In this document: positions 1-8,799 of the stretch, in pieces
How positions within the stretch are numbered: the stretch's first letter is position 1
Layout: the number at the start of each line of letters is the position of its first letter
IMG/VR virus record: IMGVR_UViG_3300045988_081432
Span: 1 to 64,000 of that record
DNA from: a virus
DNA: 64,000 bases
Direction: 5' to 3' (one strand)
Notes under the pieces: generated by a model
Told to the model about the DNA's origin: nothing
Database searches by the model: none
What the model saw: only the letters and a program-made list of their open reading frames with translations
Made by a program: the position numbers and the translations under genes

Positions 1-140
1 AGAGTAGATTTCAGGGAGACGTTGGAGAAAAGTATAGGGGACTGATGCAGATAAGATTATTGTTCGCTATTAAACATCGACTACCAAGTTTTAATATCAT
101 CGACATACTATTATAATATTAAAATGATATCACTTATTAA

Positions 141-177
141 AACATAAAAATAAGACCGTAGAATTAACTACGGTCTT
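141..177 (-). terminator. Rho-independent terminator closing the minus-strand operon
   Basis: Perfect 10-bp stem AAGACCGTAG/CTACGGTCTT (152-161/168-177) with a 6-nt loop. On the minus strand it is followed by ATTTTTAT. Confidence 0.6.
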
Positions 178-201
178 TAATTATACCTATGAGTTACTAT
201 A

Positions 202-615
202 TTATGATTCAATACTGTATGCGATTACTTCTTGACACATCAAAAAGACAAAAGCATCTCTAATAAATTTATTAATATTTAGAATAACTACTGGTTCCTG
301 CATGAAATAACTAAAAGAATTTTTTGGTTCAGCAAGTGTCTTCGCATACCAAATACGCGGTGTGTATGGGAACCGTTCGCCTTCTATTTCTATGCAAACA
401 TATCCACCGTAATACGCATTGCCTTTATCTATGGCTTCTATATATTTATATTTACCGTTCGACTTATCACAAATTTCTTTTAGAATCTTAAAACATACTC
501 GAACATCTTTTTCAGATGGGACATAAATATTACACTTATGTTCGATTGCATATTCGCATAAGTCATAATCGCTGCGCTCAGAACAAAACTCAATTAATTC
601 TTTTGCATTCTCCAT
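202..615 (-). CDS. hypothetical protein
   Basis: 137-aa ORF packed 3 nt from the next gene. No motif recognised. Confidence 0.55.
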   Translation of the reverse strand: MENAKELIEFCSERSDYDLCEYAIEHKCNIYVPSEKDVRVCFKILKEICDKSNGKYKYIEAIDKGNAYYGGYVCIEIEGERFPYTPRIWYAKTLAEPKNSFSYFMQEPVVILNINKFIRDAFVFLMCQEVIAYSIES

Positions 616-617
616 AA

Positions 618-1316
618 TTACTTCTTTCTAAAATCCTTATAAAATATATCACAAGCGATATCTCTTAAATATTGCTTGTTAATCACTATATTAATTGGCT
701 TCTCTGGTCTGATACACTCGCTATATACTAATTTCATATATTGATTGATAACAAAGTATCTTCGTCCTTTATAACTTGATTGATTTAACATAAATTCTTC
801 TATATTATCGAAATGTATTTTGTGTTTTTGTATCTCTGGAAAAACTGCCTCTTGCAATTCTTTTGAGTTTAACAGAAATGCTTCTATGCTATCTAAATTA
901 TAAATATCATTAGTAAAAGATTTCGGGTAAATTATATTATAATATGTCGTCAATTTATTCTTATCAACAAACCATCCGACGCTATTACGATACCCGGCTT
1001 TATATAATTCAAAACTAAACGTATTCAAATCTCTTGTTAAATATTTTATAGCCGCCTTTTCATCAACAAGATATTCTTTGTTATATCTATTTAATATAAC
1101 ATCAATACCAGAGATATCTTGTTCTTTTGTTGGTTGTTTAACAGAGAAACCATGCTCATCATAGAGCATGGTCATATATTGATGAATTACGTTTTCTTGT
1201 TTTAAATCAAGTTGTCTGTTGGAATAAATTATATCACTTTTTGACGAACCTTCCACAGTGACATTCACCACTTTCTTGCTCTCTAAATTCCTTACACATA
1301 CACTTCGTGTCTTCAT
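618..1316 (-). CDS. hypothetical protein, possible PD-(D/E)xK nuclease; start uncertain
   Basis: 232-aa ORF with GIDVIL...VDEKA, which resembles a D...(D/E)xK nuclease signature. The first 83 nt overlap the upstream ORF and no RBS is seen at 1316, so the true start may be internal. Confidence 0.45.
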   Translation of the reverse strand: MKTRSVCVRNLESKKVVNVTVEGSSKSDIIYSNRQLDLKQENVIHQYMTMLYDEHGFSVKQPTKEQDISGIDVILNRYNKEYLVDEKAAIKYLTRDLNTFSFELYKAGYRNSVGWFVDKNKLTTYYNIIYPKSFTNDIYNLDSIEAFLLNSKELQEAVFPEIQKHKIHFDNIEEFMLNQSSYKGRRYFVINQYMKLVYSECIRPEKPINIVINKQYLRDIACDIFYKDFRKK

Positions 1317-1419
1317 TCTTAATCAGAGAACATGGACAATAGCCACCATTTGACTTAATAATATTGGCAAACTCAATATGTTCCTCATCTGTCCAAGTTG
1401 GATTTTTAATAATGCTCAT
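1234..1419 (-). CDS. ferredoxin-thioredoxin-reductase catalytic-subunit-like small Cys protein
   Basis: CPC-x10-CMC-x10-CHC spacing (GGYCPCSLIKNEDTKCMCKEFREQESGECHCGRF) resembles the FTR beta (FeThRed_B) cluster motif. ATG at 1419 avoids overlap with the upstream ORF. Confidence 0.5.
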   Translation of the reverse strand: MSIIKNPTWTDEEHIEFANIIKSNGGYCPCSLIKNEDTKCMCKEFREQESGECHCGRFVKK

Positions 1420-1420
1420 T

Positions 1421-1798
1421 TTATTCCCCAACCTCCATAGTAATTCCTTTTAGATTATAAGCGTTAAATATCTGCTTTAATGCAAAATCTACGTCATCAA
1501 TTACAATATTTTCTCCCTCTGCATATCCCCTGCGTTGTAGAGCATCATGGATGGTGTAAATTCTAACAATCTTAGTATCAGACTCATACCTACGTCTAAA
1601 ATAACAACAATATCCAGTGCTAGACTGGGATTCATCAATAATAATAAAACCGTCAGTTGAGAGAATATCTTTGAGAATAGTTCTCATGTGATTAATTTGA
1701 CGATAAGAATTAACAAGAATATTGCAATTGTTAGAGATTGCATATCTCGCTATTTGATAACTGCGTCCTGTGCCACGAGAAGAAAGAATTTTAATCAT
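1421..1798 (-). CDS. hypothetical protein
   Basis: 125-aa ORF with RBS AGAGG upstream of the ATG. Degenerate P-loop-like SSRGTGRS and FIIIDES, not diagnostic. Confidence 0.5.
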   Translation of the reverse strand: MIKILSSRGTGRSYQIARYAISNNCNILVNSYRQINHMRTILKDILSTDGFIIIDESQSSTGYCCYFRRRYESDTKIVRIYTIHDALQRRGYAEGENIVIDDVDFALKQIFNAYNLKGITMEVGE

Positions 1799-1808
1799 AT
1801 TTAACCTC

Positions 1809-2138
1809 TTAAAATTCTAAATATAAATCGTCGCTCGATTGTTTTAATAAATCACCAAGCCATTCCATTCTATCACAGACCAAATCATTATATGCGACTG
1901 TGGCTTCTTGAATAGTATCAGCATACTTAAAAATATATGCAGGGGTACTATCTGGCTCTGAACTATAAAATTGATTATCTGGGTCAAAGCCACCTTTGTC
2001 AGAATAAAATTTATGATTCTTTACAATACCCTTTGTTGGAACTGCCGTAAATAATCTATTAGTATCATGATTAAAAAATTTATATGCAAAACCATAAACG
2101 GTTATATTTTCTGGAACTGTATCAAAGTTATAAATCAC
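1809..2138 (-). CDS. hypothetical protein
   Basis: 109-aa ORF, GTG start preceded by GAGGTGA. Confidence 0.5.
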   Translation of the reverse strand: MIYNFDTVPENITVYGFAYKFFNHDTNRLFTAVPTKGIVKNHKFYSDKGGFDPDNQFYSSEPDSTPAYIFKYADTIQEATVAYNDLVCDRMEWLGDLLKQSSDDLYLEF

Positions 2139-2153
2139 ATATCTTCACCTCAA

Positions 2154-2786
2154 TTAAATATATCCATCAAAATAATCATCAACAAATTGTTGTAACGTAT
2201 CATAAGCTGCGCCATCTTGATGTGAATACAACTCATCAAGAGCATCAGTTAAGTCTTGCTTATCATAAGAATTATCTTTACGCTGATTGAATTTGTCATT
2301 TATTTGATTGTAATAAGCATTGATTAATCTTTCTATAAGAGCTTCTTTAAGTTGCTTCTCGCTCTTATGGCTGTAATCTGGAATAGTATATTCAAGAGAA
2401 TAAATATCGTCCATTTGTTCTTCTGTTAAGAAAAATGTGTACGGAGTACGCTCTGGTGTAGCATCAAAAATAAATTTAACAAGAAACTCTGAACCGCTAT
2501 GATTATCCCTAACGCAGAAATCATCTGACCAATCAGAGTTAATAGCTTTCTTTAGGTCTTCTCGAATAAAATCAAAGTAGCTACCACTAGTTACGTTGTC
2601 ATAAAACCCTTGAAGAATAGTTTTAAAATTATTAATCGTATTATTTATGCTTCTTTGGTCATAACAATCTATCTTTTGTTCAAAACTATAATTACCGCAC
2701 CCATCTACTTTTGTTCCTAGTGGTGCAATAACCCATACACCACAATAATCAGATTTAAATGAAAATTCAAGGCTCAGTGTCTTCAT
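2154..2786 (-). CDS. hypothetical protein, tandem paralog A
   Basis: Shares MKTL.L, GTK, F.DNVT, W.(D/E).F.VR, KF, P(Y/F)T..(L/V)T.EQ blocks with the upstream ORF. RBS GGAG. Confidence 0.6.
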   Translation of the reverse strand: MKTLSLEFSFKSDYCGVWVIAPLGTKVDGCGNYSFEQKIDCYDQRSINNTINNFKTILQGFYDNVTSGSYFDFIREDLKKAINSDWSDDFCVRDNHSGSEFLVKFIFDATPERTPYTFFLTEEQMDDIYSLEYTIPDYSHKSEKQLKEALIERLINAYYNQINDKFNQRKDNSYDKQDLTDALDELYSHQDGAAYDTLQQFVDDYFDGYI

Positions 2787-3310
2787 AAAGAACTAATCTC
2801 CTTCTCATATTCATCATTAAGATATTTCTTACAAAGGGATACAATAATATCAGTTACCCCATCTTTAATTTCTTCGTCTTTTTTGTTCTCAAAATCGTCT
2901 ACTTGGTAGAGCATAATGTCAAGAACATTTTTTTGTTCAGGCGTTACATAAAGAGTAAAAGGCTGTTTTTCAAGGTGATTGTCGATGTAAAATTTAATAT
3001 GAATATCTCCATGACCATCGTAGTTTCTTACATCAAAACTCTCATTCCAGTTTTTATTTAAAACATTATTAAGCACATCTTGGACAATATTTGCTTCTGC
3101 CCCTGTAACATTATCCATAAACAACTCAATAACTTTTTTGTACCAATCAATAATCCAAGAAGTGTCGTCTTTTAGTTTGCCAGTAGTATAAGTCTCTTCG
3201 CAACCATGCCACTCAAACTTTTCGTATGAACATTTTGTTCCAGCAGGAACAAGACTCCAATCATAATGCTCATCCGTATTAAATTCGACATCAAGATAAA
3301 GTGTCTTCAT
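2783..3310 (-). CDS. hypothetical protein, tandem paralog B
   Basis: Paralog of 2154-2786. ATG at 3310 (MKTLYL) preceded by GGAGG. 4-nt overlap with the downstream paralog. Confidence 0.6.
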   Translation of the reverse strand: MKTLYLDVEFNTDEHYDWSLVPAGTKCSYEKFEWHGCEETYTTGKLKDDTSWIIDWYKKVIELFMDNVTGAEANIVQDVLNNVLNKNWNESFDVRNYDGHGDIHIKFYIDNHLEKQPFTLYVTPEQKNVLDIMLYQVDDFENKKDEEIKDGVTDIIVSLCKKYLNDEYEKEISSL

Positions 3311-3312
3311 AT

Positions 3313-3756
3313 TTAACCTCCATAACGGCAATAGTAATCTACGATTGACTTATGACTAATTTCATGGTCTATATTCCAAGTGCTATGATAAGCGTTTTTC
3401 CAAGGGTCTTGTTTGGTGACAATTTGTGCTAAAGCACTTGTAGAATATTTGGACAAATAATCAAGCATATCATTCATAAGTTGTTCGTCTTTCCGATTAT
3501 TAATCTTATTTTTGAATTTATCTGGTGGAATCACCCCACAGCCATAATAGAAATATTCGTGATAAACCTCTTCAACGACTGGGCCAAAATCCCAAGCAAG
3601 CAACTTTTCATTATAGCATGGTTTTTTCTTGTTTGCAAGAAATGTCACCTGTAAAAAATACATTTGTTTTGCAAGACGAAGATTGTTGGTTAAACGTCCT
3701 TGGGTATTCTCGTACCAAATAATATATTCTGCGACATCAAGTGCTTTGTAAGCCAT
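3313..3756 (-). CDS. Panacea / DUF4065 (SocA/GepA-like) domain protein
   Basis: N-terminal pattern ALDVAEYII...LTNLRLAKQMYF...LLAWDFGPVVEEVYHEY matches the DUF4065 consensus (KLQKLLYF...AW.yGPV..evY) as I recall it. ATG at 3756 with GGAG RBS. Confidence 0.65.
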   Translation of the reverse strand: MAYKALDVAEYIIWYENTQGRLTNNLRLAKQMYFLQVTFLANKKKPCYNEKLLAWDFGPVVEEVYHEYFYYGCGVIPPDKFKNKINNRKDEQLMNDMLDYLSKYSTSALAQIVTKQDPWKNAYHSTWNIDHEISHKSIVDYYCRYGG

Positions 3757-3764
3757 ATTATTCT

Positions 3765-4022
3765 TTACTCCGTAATGCAACGATTGCTTAGTTTCTTATA
3801 AACATCCTCGTATAGCTCACCTTTATCTCCGTTAAATGTGTATTCTGCGAGAGTATTATCTACTTTATTGCTAACGATACACTTCCAGTTTTGGAGAGTT
3901 TTACAAGACCATACAACAAAAGTGTCATTAAACGCAATCTTTACATCGCCAAATTTATAATTCCAAAGAATATATTCTACACGGCACTTATCCTGAAACT
4001 CACTCATGCTACTAATTTTCAT
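3765..4022 (-). CDS. hypothetical small phage protein
   Basis: 85-aa ORF with RBS GGTGA. The VWSCKTLQNWK...YTFNGDKGELYEDVYKK block resembles a small conserved Firmicutes-phage family (recollection only). Confidence 0.5.
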   Translation of the reverse strand: MKISSMSEFQDKCRVEYILWNYKFGDVKIAFNDTFVVWSCKTLQNWKCIVSNKVDNTLAEYTFNGDKGELYEDVYKKLSNRCITE

Positions 4023-4067
4023 ATATCACCATAATGCCGACCCACCCAATCCCTTACTTGAAATTAA

Positions 4068-4571
4068 TTATTCACAATATAACTTAACTAAACCGTCTCT
4101 TAGTGTCTCTTTTAAATCAATTACTCTTTGATTTCTACTCCCACGCCATTTTAGAGTAATATCATGCTGAGATTTAATATATTCCCCATCTACTAAGACA
4201 TCAATATATTTAACAATCTCTTGAGTATCACTTCTATTCATTACTTCCTCATACTCATATCCAGTCCAACACCAAATATCTTTTTGAGGGAACTTTTCTT
4301 TTACTAATTTAACAAGGCGAGTAAGTTCTGGAATATTCTCTTTCTTTAGTGGGTCTCCACCACTAAGAGTAAGACCAGAAATATAATCGTGGTTTAGATA
4401 ACTGAGAATTTCATTTACTGTGTCGTCAGTAAACTTGCTCCCGTAATTGCTGTCCCAAGTTTCAGGATTTTGACATTCATCACAACAATGGTCACAACCA
4501 CTTACCCAGAGAACAACTCTTACTCCCTCTCCATTTGCAATGTCGTATTTTGTTATCTTAGCATAATTCAT
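4068..4571 (-). CDS. nrdG: anaerobic ribonucleotide reductase activating protein (radical SAM)
   Basis: GCDHCCDECQNPETW Cys cluster near the N-terminus and LSGGDPL motif. TAATG overlap with the nrdD stop; RBS AGGAG. Confidence 0.8.
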   Translation of the reverse strand: MNYAKITKYDIANGEGVRVVLWVSGCDHCCDECQNPETWDSNYGSKFTDDTVNEILSYLNHDYISGLTLSGGDPLKKENIPELTRLVKLVKEKFPQKDIWCWTGYEYEEVMNRSDTQEIVKYIDVLVDGEYIKSQHDITLKWRGSRNQRVIDLKETLRDGLVKLYCE

Positions 4572-7500
4572 TACTGGACTCCTAGATGAACAACTCGCTC
4601 TTTAATCTCTTGTGTGCGACCTTGATTCCAGTCATTAGTACCAAGATAACCACAAGTTCTACGCACGATGTTCATTTTTGATTTATCACGATTTTTACAA
4701 TTTGGACATTCCCAAACTAGCTTACCATCATCATCTTTTACGATTTGGATTTCTCCGTCATAACCACAGACCTGACAGTAATCACATTTGGTATTTAGTT
4801 CTGCATACATAATGTTGTCATAAATAAACTTGATTACAGAGAGAACAGCCTCGACATTATTATTCAAGTTAGGTATTTCTATATAACTTATGGCACCACC
4901 CGGAGATAGTTTCTGAAATTCGCTTTCAAATTTCAATTTTGTAAAGGCATCAATCTTTTCGGTTACAACAACATGATAAGAGTTTGTAATATAATTTCTA
5001 TCTGTAATACCCGGAATAACACCGAAACGCCTCTTTAGGCACTTGGCAAACTTGTATGTAGTGGATTCGATTGGGGAGCCATACAAACTATAATCAATGT
5101 TTTCAGAGGCTTTCCATTCATTACACTTATCATTCATGTATTGCATGATTTCAAGTGCGAACGGTTTTGCTTCATCACTTGTATGACTCTTGCCAGTCAT
5201 AGCAAGAACGCATTCGTAGAGACCAGCATATCCTAGACTAATGGTTGAATAACCGTCATACAGGAGCTTATCAATCTTCTCTCCTTTCTTTAGACGAGCA
5301 AGACCTCCATGTTGCCAATGAATTGGAGATACATCTGATAGAGTACCAAGAAGTCTATTATGGCGAATCTGTAGCGCCCTGTGACACAACTCAAGACGTT
5401 CGTCAAAAATCTTCCAGAACTTATTAAAATCTTTGTTTGCACTTAAACCGACATCTGCAAGATTAATAGTAACAACGCCTTGATTAAAACGTCCGTAATA
5501 CTTCTTTCCCTTAACCCAGTTATTAGCATTCGCTAAATTCTCTGTCGTGCGGTCAGGAGTTAGGAACGAGCGACACCCCATACAGGGGAAGCAATCACCC
5601 TTATATTCCAGCATTTTCTTTTCTGAAATATAATCTGGAACCATACGCTTTGCTGTACATTTAGCGGCAAGCTCTGTTAGATAATAATACTTATCTCCCT
5701 CATGGATATTATCTTCTTCTAGTACATAAAGAATCTTTGGGAATGCAGGAGTAATCCATACCCCCTGTTCATTTTTAGTTCCTTCAATTCTTTGCTTTAG
5801 AACCTCTTCAATGAGCATTGCGAAGTCGTCTTTTTCTCTGCCATCATTTACTTCATTTAGATAAAGGAAAATAGATACAAATGGTGTCTGCCCATTAGTC
5901 GTCATCAAAGTATTAATTTGATACTGAATTGTCTGGACTCCGCGTTTAATTTCTTCTTTTAGACGACCTTCTGTAATCTCATTAATCTGTTCATCCGTAG
6001 CATTTGAATTTAACAGAGCAACTTCTTCCATTACTTGCTTTCTGATTTTCTTTCTGCTAACGTCAATAAACGGAACAAGATGAGCTAATGATTCGCTCTG
6101 GCCTCCATACTGATTGCTCGCAACCTGTGCCATCACCTGAGTCGCAATATTGCAAGCAGTTGCAAAACTATGAGGCTTCTCAATTAGAGTACCGTTAATC
6201 ACAGTACCATTTTGGAGCATATCTTCCAGATTAATTAGGCAACAGTTTCCAGTTATAACGCCGCCGTCAAGAGTAAAGGAATGTGTTTCTGGCTCTTCGA
6301 CGCACCAAGCATCATATTCAATCTCTGGACGATAAGGCGTAATTTTCTTTACGACCCATAAATTGTTTGTATTTTGATATTTTCTGAACCGGAAGTTAAT
6401 TAGTCTAGCGTTTTTCTTAAAGTTTGTGTCATGGACAGTTTCGGATTCGCTTGCAATATAAAATCCCGCGATAGAGGAAATATCACGAATCATTTCTGCA
6501 ACTCGGTCATCAACGGTAGAGACTCTATTGGTATCAACAGCTCCATCTGCCGCATAAAAACCATCAAAAAGAAATTGCTTTCTTTTTCCATTTAGGAAGC
6601 GCCATGCTTTGGCGTTCAAGAAGTCTTGCTTAAAAGCGTTCTTACACAAAGCGTAGGCATCTCCATGATAAGATTCTGGATATGTGACAGTGTAACCAGC
6701 CCTTACAAAGTAATCTACATATACTGATTTTTCTCCACATAAGCGAACTGTTGTATACCCGGATTTCTTATCAACGCCGTCTCCAATCGCAAAACCAATA
6801 GCCCATGCTTGGTAGTCTTCTTTTGACTTCATTTCATATTTAGACAATTCAGGTAGAGACGCGAGAACCATTCCTTCTTTTAAATTCGTCGTTACACTTC
6901 CGTCATTTAATAACCATCTGTGATTGGAGGTACAGAGGACGTGCTTAATTGAACGACCGGACTGAATCATAACATCTTGCATTTTTTGTTTTCCGTACTT
7001 TTTTACGGTAGCAATATGCCATTCGCCATCAGAGCCAATAACCTTAACAGTTTCACCATCATTAAAATCTCTAAATTCTTTTACGCCATCATCCGTTACA
7101 AAACGCGTGTTGCCCTTAAAACAGTTGTGCATCCGTTGAATCGCATAGTCAGAGTCATGAAAATGAATCAAGCCTTGCTCATGTGCTTCACGAATGTCTT
7201 TTGGAAGAATCAGACGATTTACAATATCACGGCTTACTTCACCAGCAATATAATCACGTTGCGTAGCTGCAATTTTAGGATTCTTGTTACTGTTTTCTTG
7301 AATTACATCTTCATTTACGCCATCAACAATAGACAAAATTTTACCATCAGTCGTATTACCGTTTCTAGCAAGCTGGCGCTCATAACGATAACGAATATAC
7401 GTTTTTGCGACATCATAATAACCGCGTTGCATCAGAAGTGATTCAATTGCATCTTGAATATTTTCGACAGATACGGCGCAATCTTGTGCTTTAAAATTAT

Positions 7501-7651
7501 TATATACTTCTGTGGCGATTGTCTGAATTGCAATCTGCGGCATCGCTTCCCCACCGCTTTTTTCTACCTCGTCGCTTGCTTTTTGAATTGCAAGCGTTAT
7601 CTTTCCTTTTTGGAACTTGTCTTCACGACCATCACGCTTAATTACATTCAT
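4571..7651 (-). CDS. nrdD: anaerobic ribonucleoside-triphosphate reductase (class III), intein-containing precursor
   Basis: ATP-cone-like N-terminus (VIKRDGREDKF), C-terminal Zn ribbon CDYCQVCG...CPNC and glycyl-radical motif RRTCGYLG. 1026 aa, of which 293 aa are an insertion. Confidence 0.9.
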   Translation of the reverse strand: MNVIKRDGREDKFQKGKITLAIQKASDEVEKSGGEAMPQIAIQTIATEVYNNFKAQDCAVSVENIQDAIESLLMQRGYYDVAKTYIRYRYERQLARNGNTTDGKILSIVDGVNEDVIQENSNKNPKIAATQRDYIAGEVSRDIVNRLILPKDIREAHEQGLIHFHDSDYAIQRMHNCFKGNTRFVTDDGVKEFRDFNDGETVKVIGSDGEWHIATVKKYGKQKMQDVMIQSGRSIKHVLCTSNHRWLLNDGSVTTNLKEGMVLASLPELSKYEMKSKEDYQAWAIGFAIGDGVDKKSGYTTVRLCGEKSVYVDYFVRAGYTVTYPESYHGDAYALCKNAFKQDFLNAKAWRFLNGKRKQFLFDGFYAADGAVDTNRVSTVDDRVAEMIRDISSIAGFYIASESETVHDTNFKKNARLINFRFRKYQNTNNLWVVKKITPYRPEIEYDAWCVEEPETHSFTLDGGVITGNCCLINLEDMLQNGTVINGTLIEKPHSFATACNIATQVMAQVASNQYGGQSESLAHLVPFIDVSRKKIRKQVMEEVALLNSNATDEQINEITEGRLKEEIKRGVQTIQYQINTLMTTNGQTPFVSIFLYLNEVNDGREKDDFAMLIEEVLKQRIEGTKNEQGVWITPAFPKILYVLEEDNIHEGDKYYYLTELAAKCTAKRMVPDYISEKKMLEYKGDCFPCMGCRSFLTPDRTTENLANANNWVKGKKYYGRFNQGVVTINLADVGLSANKDFNKFWKIFDERLELCHRALQIRHNRLLGTLSDVSPIHWQHGGLARLKKGEKIDKLLYDGYSTISLGYAGLYECVLAMTGKSHTSDEAKPFALEIMQYMNDKCNEWKASENIDYSLYGSPIESTTYKFAKCLKRRFGVIPGITDRNYITNSYHVVVTEKIDAFTKLKFESEFQKLSPGGAISYIEIPNLNNNVEAVLSVIKFIYDNIMYAELNTKCDYCQVCGYDGEIQIVKDDDGKLVWECPNCKNRDKSKMNIVRRTCGYLGTNDWNQGRTQEIKERVVHLGVQ
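6245..7123 (-). mobile_element. intein with LAGLIDADG homing-endonuclease domain inside NrdD (aa 177-469)
   Basis: Host sequence MHN|C...GN|CCLINL. Block A CFKGNTRFVTDDG, block B TSNH, LAGLIDADG motifs AIGFAIGDG and LFDGFYAADG, C-terminal ...HSFTLDGGVITGN followed by Cys+1. Confidence 0.85.
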
Positions 7652-7682
7652 GCAACCAGCCTTTCTAAAATTTAACAGATAA

Positions 7683-7901
7683 TTAATCTTCTTTTAATTC
7701 TTGTTGAGCTAGTGCAACATTCGCCCACATAGTACATTCTTTGAGCTTTTCAAATGCAAGTTGCTTACTCTTACCCTTTGGAAGCTCACTTAGAATTTTA
7801 CTTAGCCGATACGCTTCCTGAGAAATATCTTCATTCAGTTCACGGCCCTTGTCTGAAAATTCTACTGAGTAAAACAAACGACTATCAAACGACAATAGCA
7901 C
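7683..7901 (-). CDS. hypothetical protein
   Basis: 72-aa ORF, first gene downstream of the minus-strand promoters. AGGAG RBS; start is GTG 7901 or TTG 7895. Confidence 0.5.
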   Translation of the reverse strand: MLLSFDSRLFYSVEFSDKGRELNEDISQEAYRLSKILSELPKGKSKQLAFEKLKECTMWANVALAQQELKED

Positions 7902-7983
7902 CAGCTCCTTTCAATTTAACAAGAAATAAATACTCGAAGAAAATCAGTTAGGCTCCCGACTTCCTTTCTGACCTTCTACAAGT

Positions 7984-8012
7984 ATTATATCAAAACAGAA
8001 TGATTTTGTCAA
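7984..8012 (-). promoter_or_regulatory. consensus sigma-70/sigma-A type promoter P1 (minus strand)
   Basis: Minus strand reads TTGACA (8012-8007), 17 nt, TATAAT (7989-7984). Confidence 0.7.
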
Positions 8013-8084
8013 TATGTAAATTACACTTGTAATAGTTTTGTAACTATTGTATATACTTACCCATCATCTGTTATTCTATATAAT

Positions 8085-8112
8085 ATTATACTCAAGAAAA
8101 AATATTTGTCAA
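8085..8112 (-). promoter_or_regulatory. consensus sigma-70/sigma-A type promoter P2 (minus strand)
   Basis: Minus strand reads TTGACA (8112-8107), 16 nt, TATAAT (8090-8085), exactly 100 bp upstream of P1. Confidence 0.65.
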
Positions 8113-8160
8113 TATACTTTATGTGAGTGTAATAATTTTGTAATCTTTATACGTTTCTAC

Positions 8161-8442
<282 letters not shown>

Positions 8443-8518
8443 GTTCGGTTGATTTAAGAATGAATCCGCCCATTCTATAGTATTATATCATAATTCTTGT
8501 TAAATTGCAAGACTATAA

Positions 8519-8539
8519 TTGATTACAATTTGATTACAA
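8519..8539 (+). promoter_or_regulatory. tandem TTGATTACAA boxes upstream of the plus-strand promoter
   Basis: TTGATTACAA at 8519-8528 and 8530-8539 (11-bp period). Related boxes lie upstream of both minus-strand promoters (8138-8145, 8038-8045). Confidence 0.45.
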
Positions 8540-8552
8540 AGTAACAAAAACC

Positions 8553-8581
8553 TTGACTTTTTCTGTTAAATTTGATAAAAT
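8553..8581 (+). promoter_or_regulatory. sigma-70/sigma-A type promoter for the plus-strand gene block
   Basis: TTGACT (8553-8558), 17 nt, TAAAAT (8576-8581), 25 nt upstream of the 8606 ATG. Confidence 0.65.
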
Positions 8582-8605
8582 ACTTAAAAGAAAGGGGGCC
8601 TGCGA

Positions 8606-8797
8606 ATGAGTAAGTGCCATCGTTGCGATGCTACTTGTAGGTATTTCCCAGCAGAAGCCAGTAAGATTTTAGATGAATATTTTGATGCTTATGGTGTCAA
8701 ACATAGGGAGTCTATTTTCTCGTGCTGGTATGATGGGCATCGTATTACAAAATATGAAGACTGCGTTAATTACAAACCAAGAAAGGGTAAGGTGTAA
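8606..8797 (+). CDS. small Cys-containing hypothetical protein
   Basis: 63-aa ORF with RBS AAAGGGGG. Stop lies 2 nt before the next start. Confidence 0.5.
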   Translation: MSKCHRCDATCRYFPAEASKILDEYFDAYGVKHRESIFSCWYDGHRITKYEDCVNYKPRKGKV

Positions 8798-8799
8798 GT

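Noticed and set aside
6977-7441. Long antisense or alternative-frame ORFs inside large genes (6977-7441, 28926-29384, 29619-30125, 30626-31069, 47698-48021, 50648-51070, 51103-51567, 59962-60396 and others)
   Set aside because: They are fully embedded in much longer ORFs with recognisable domains. They have no RBS, and their composition is typical of antisense reading of biased sequence.
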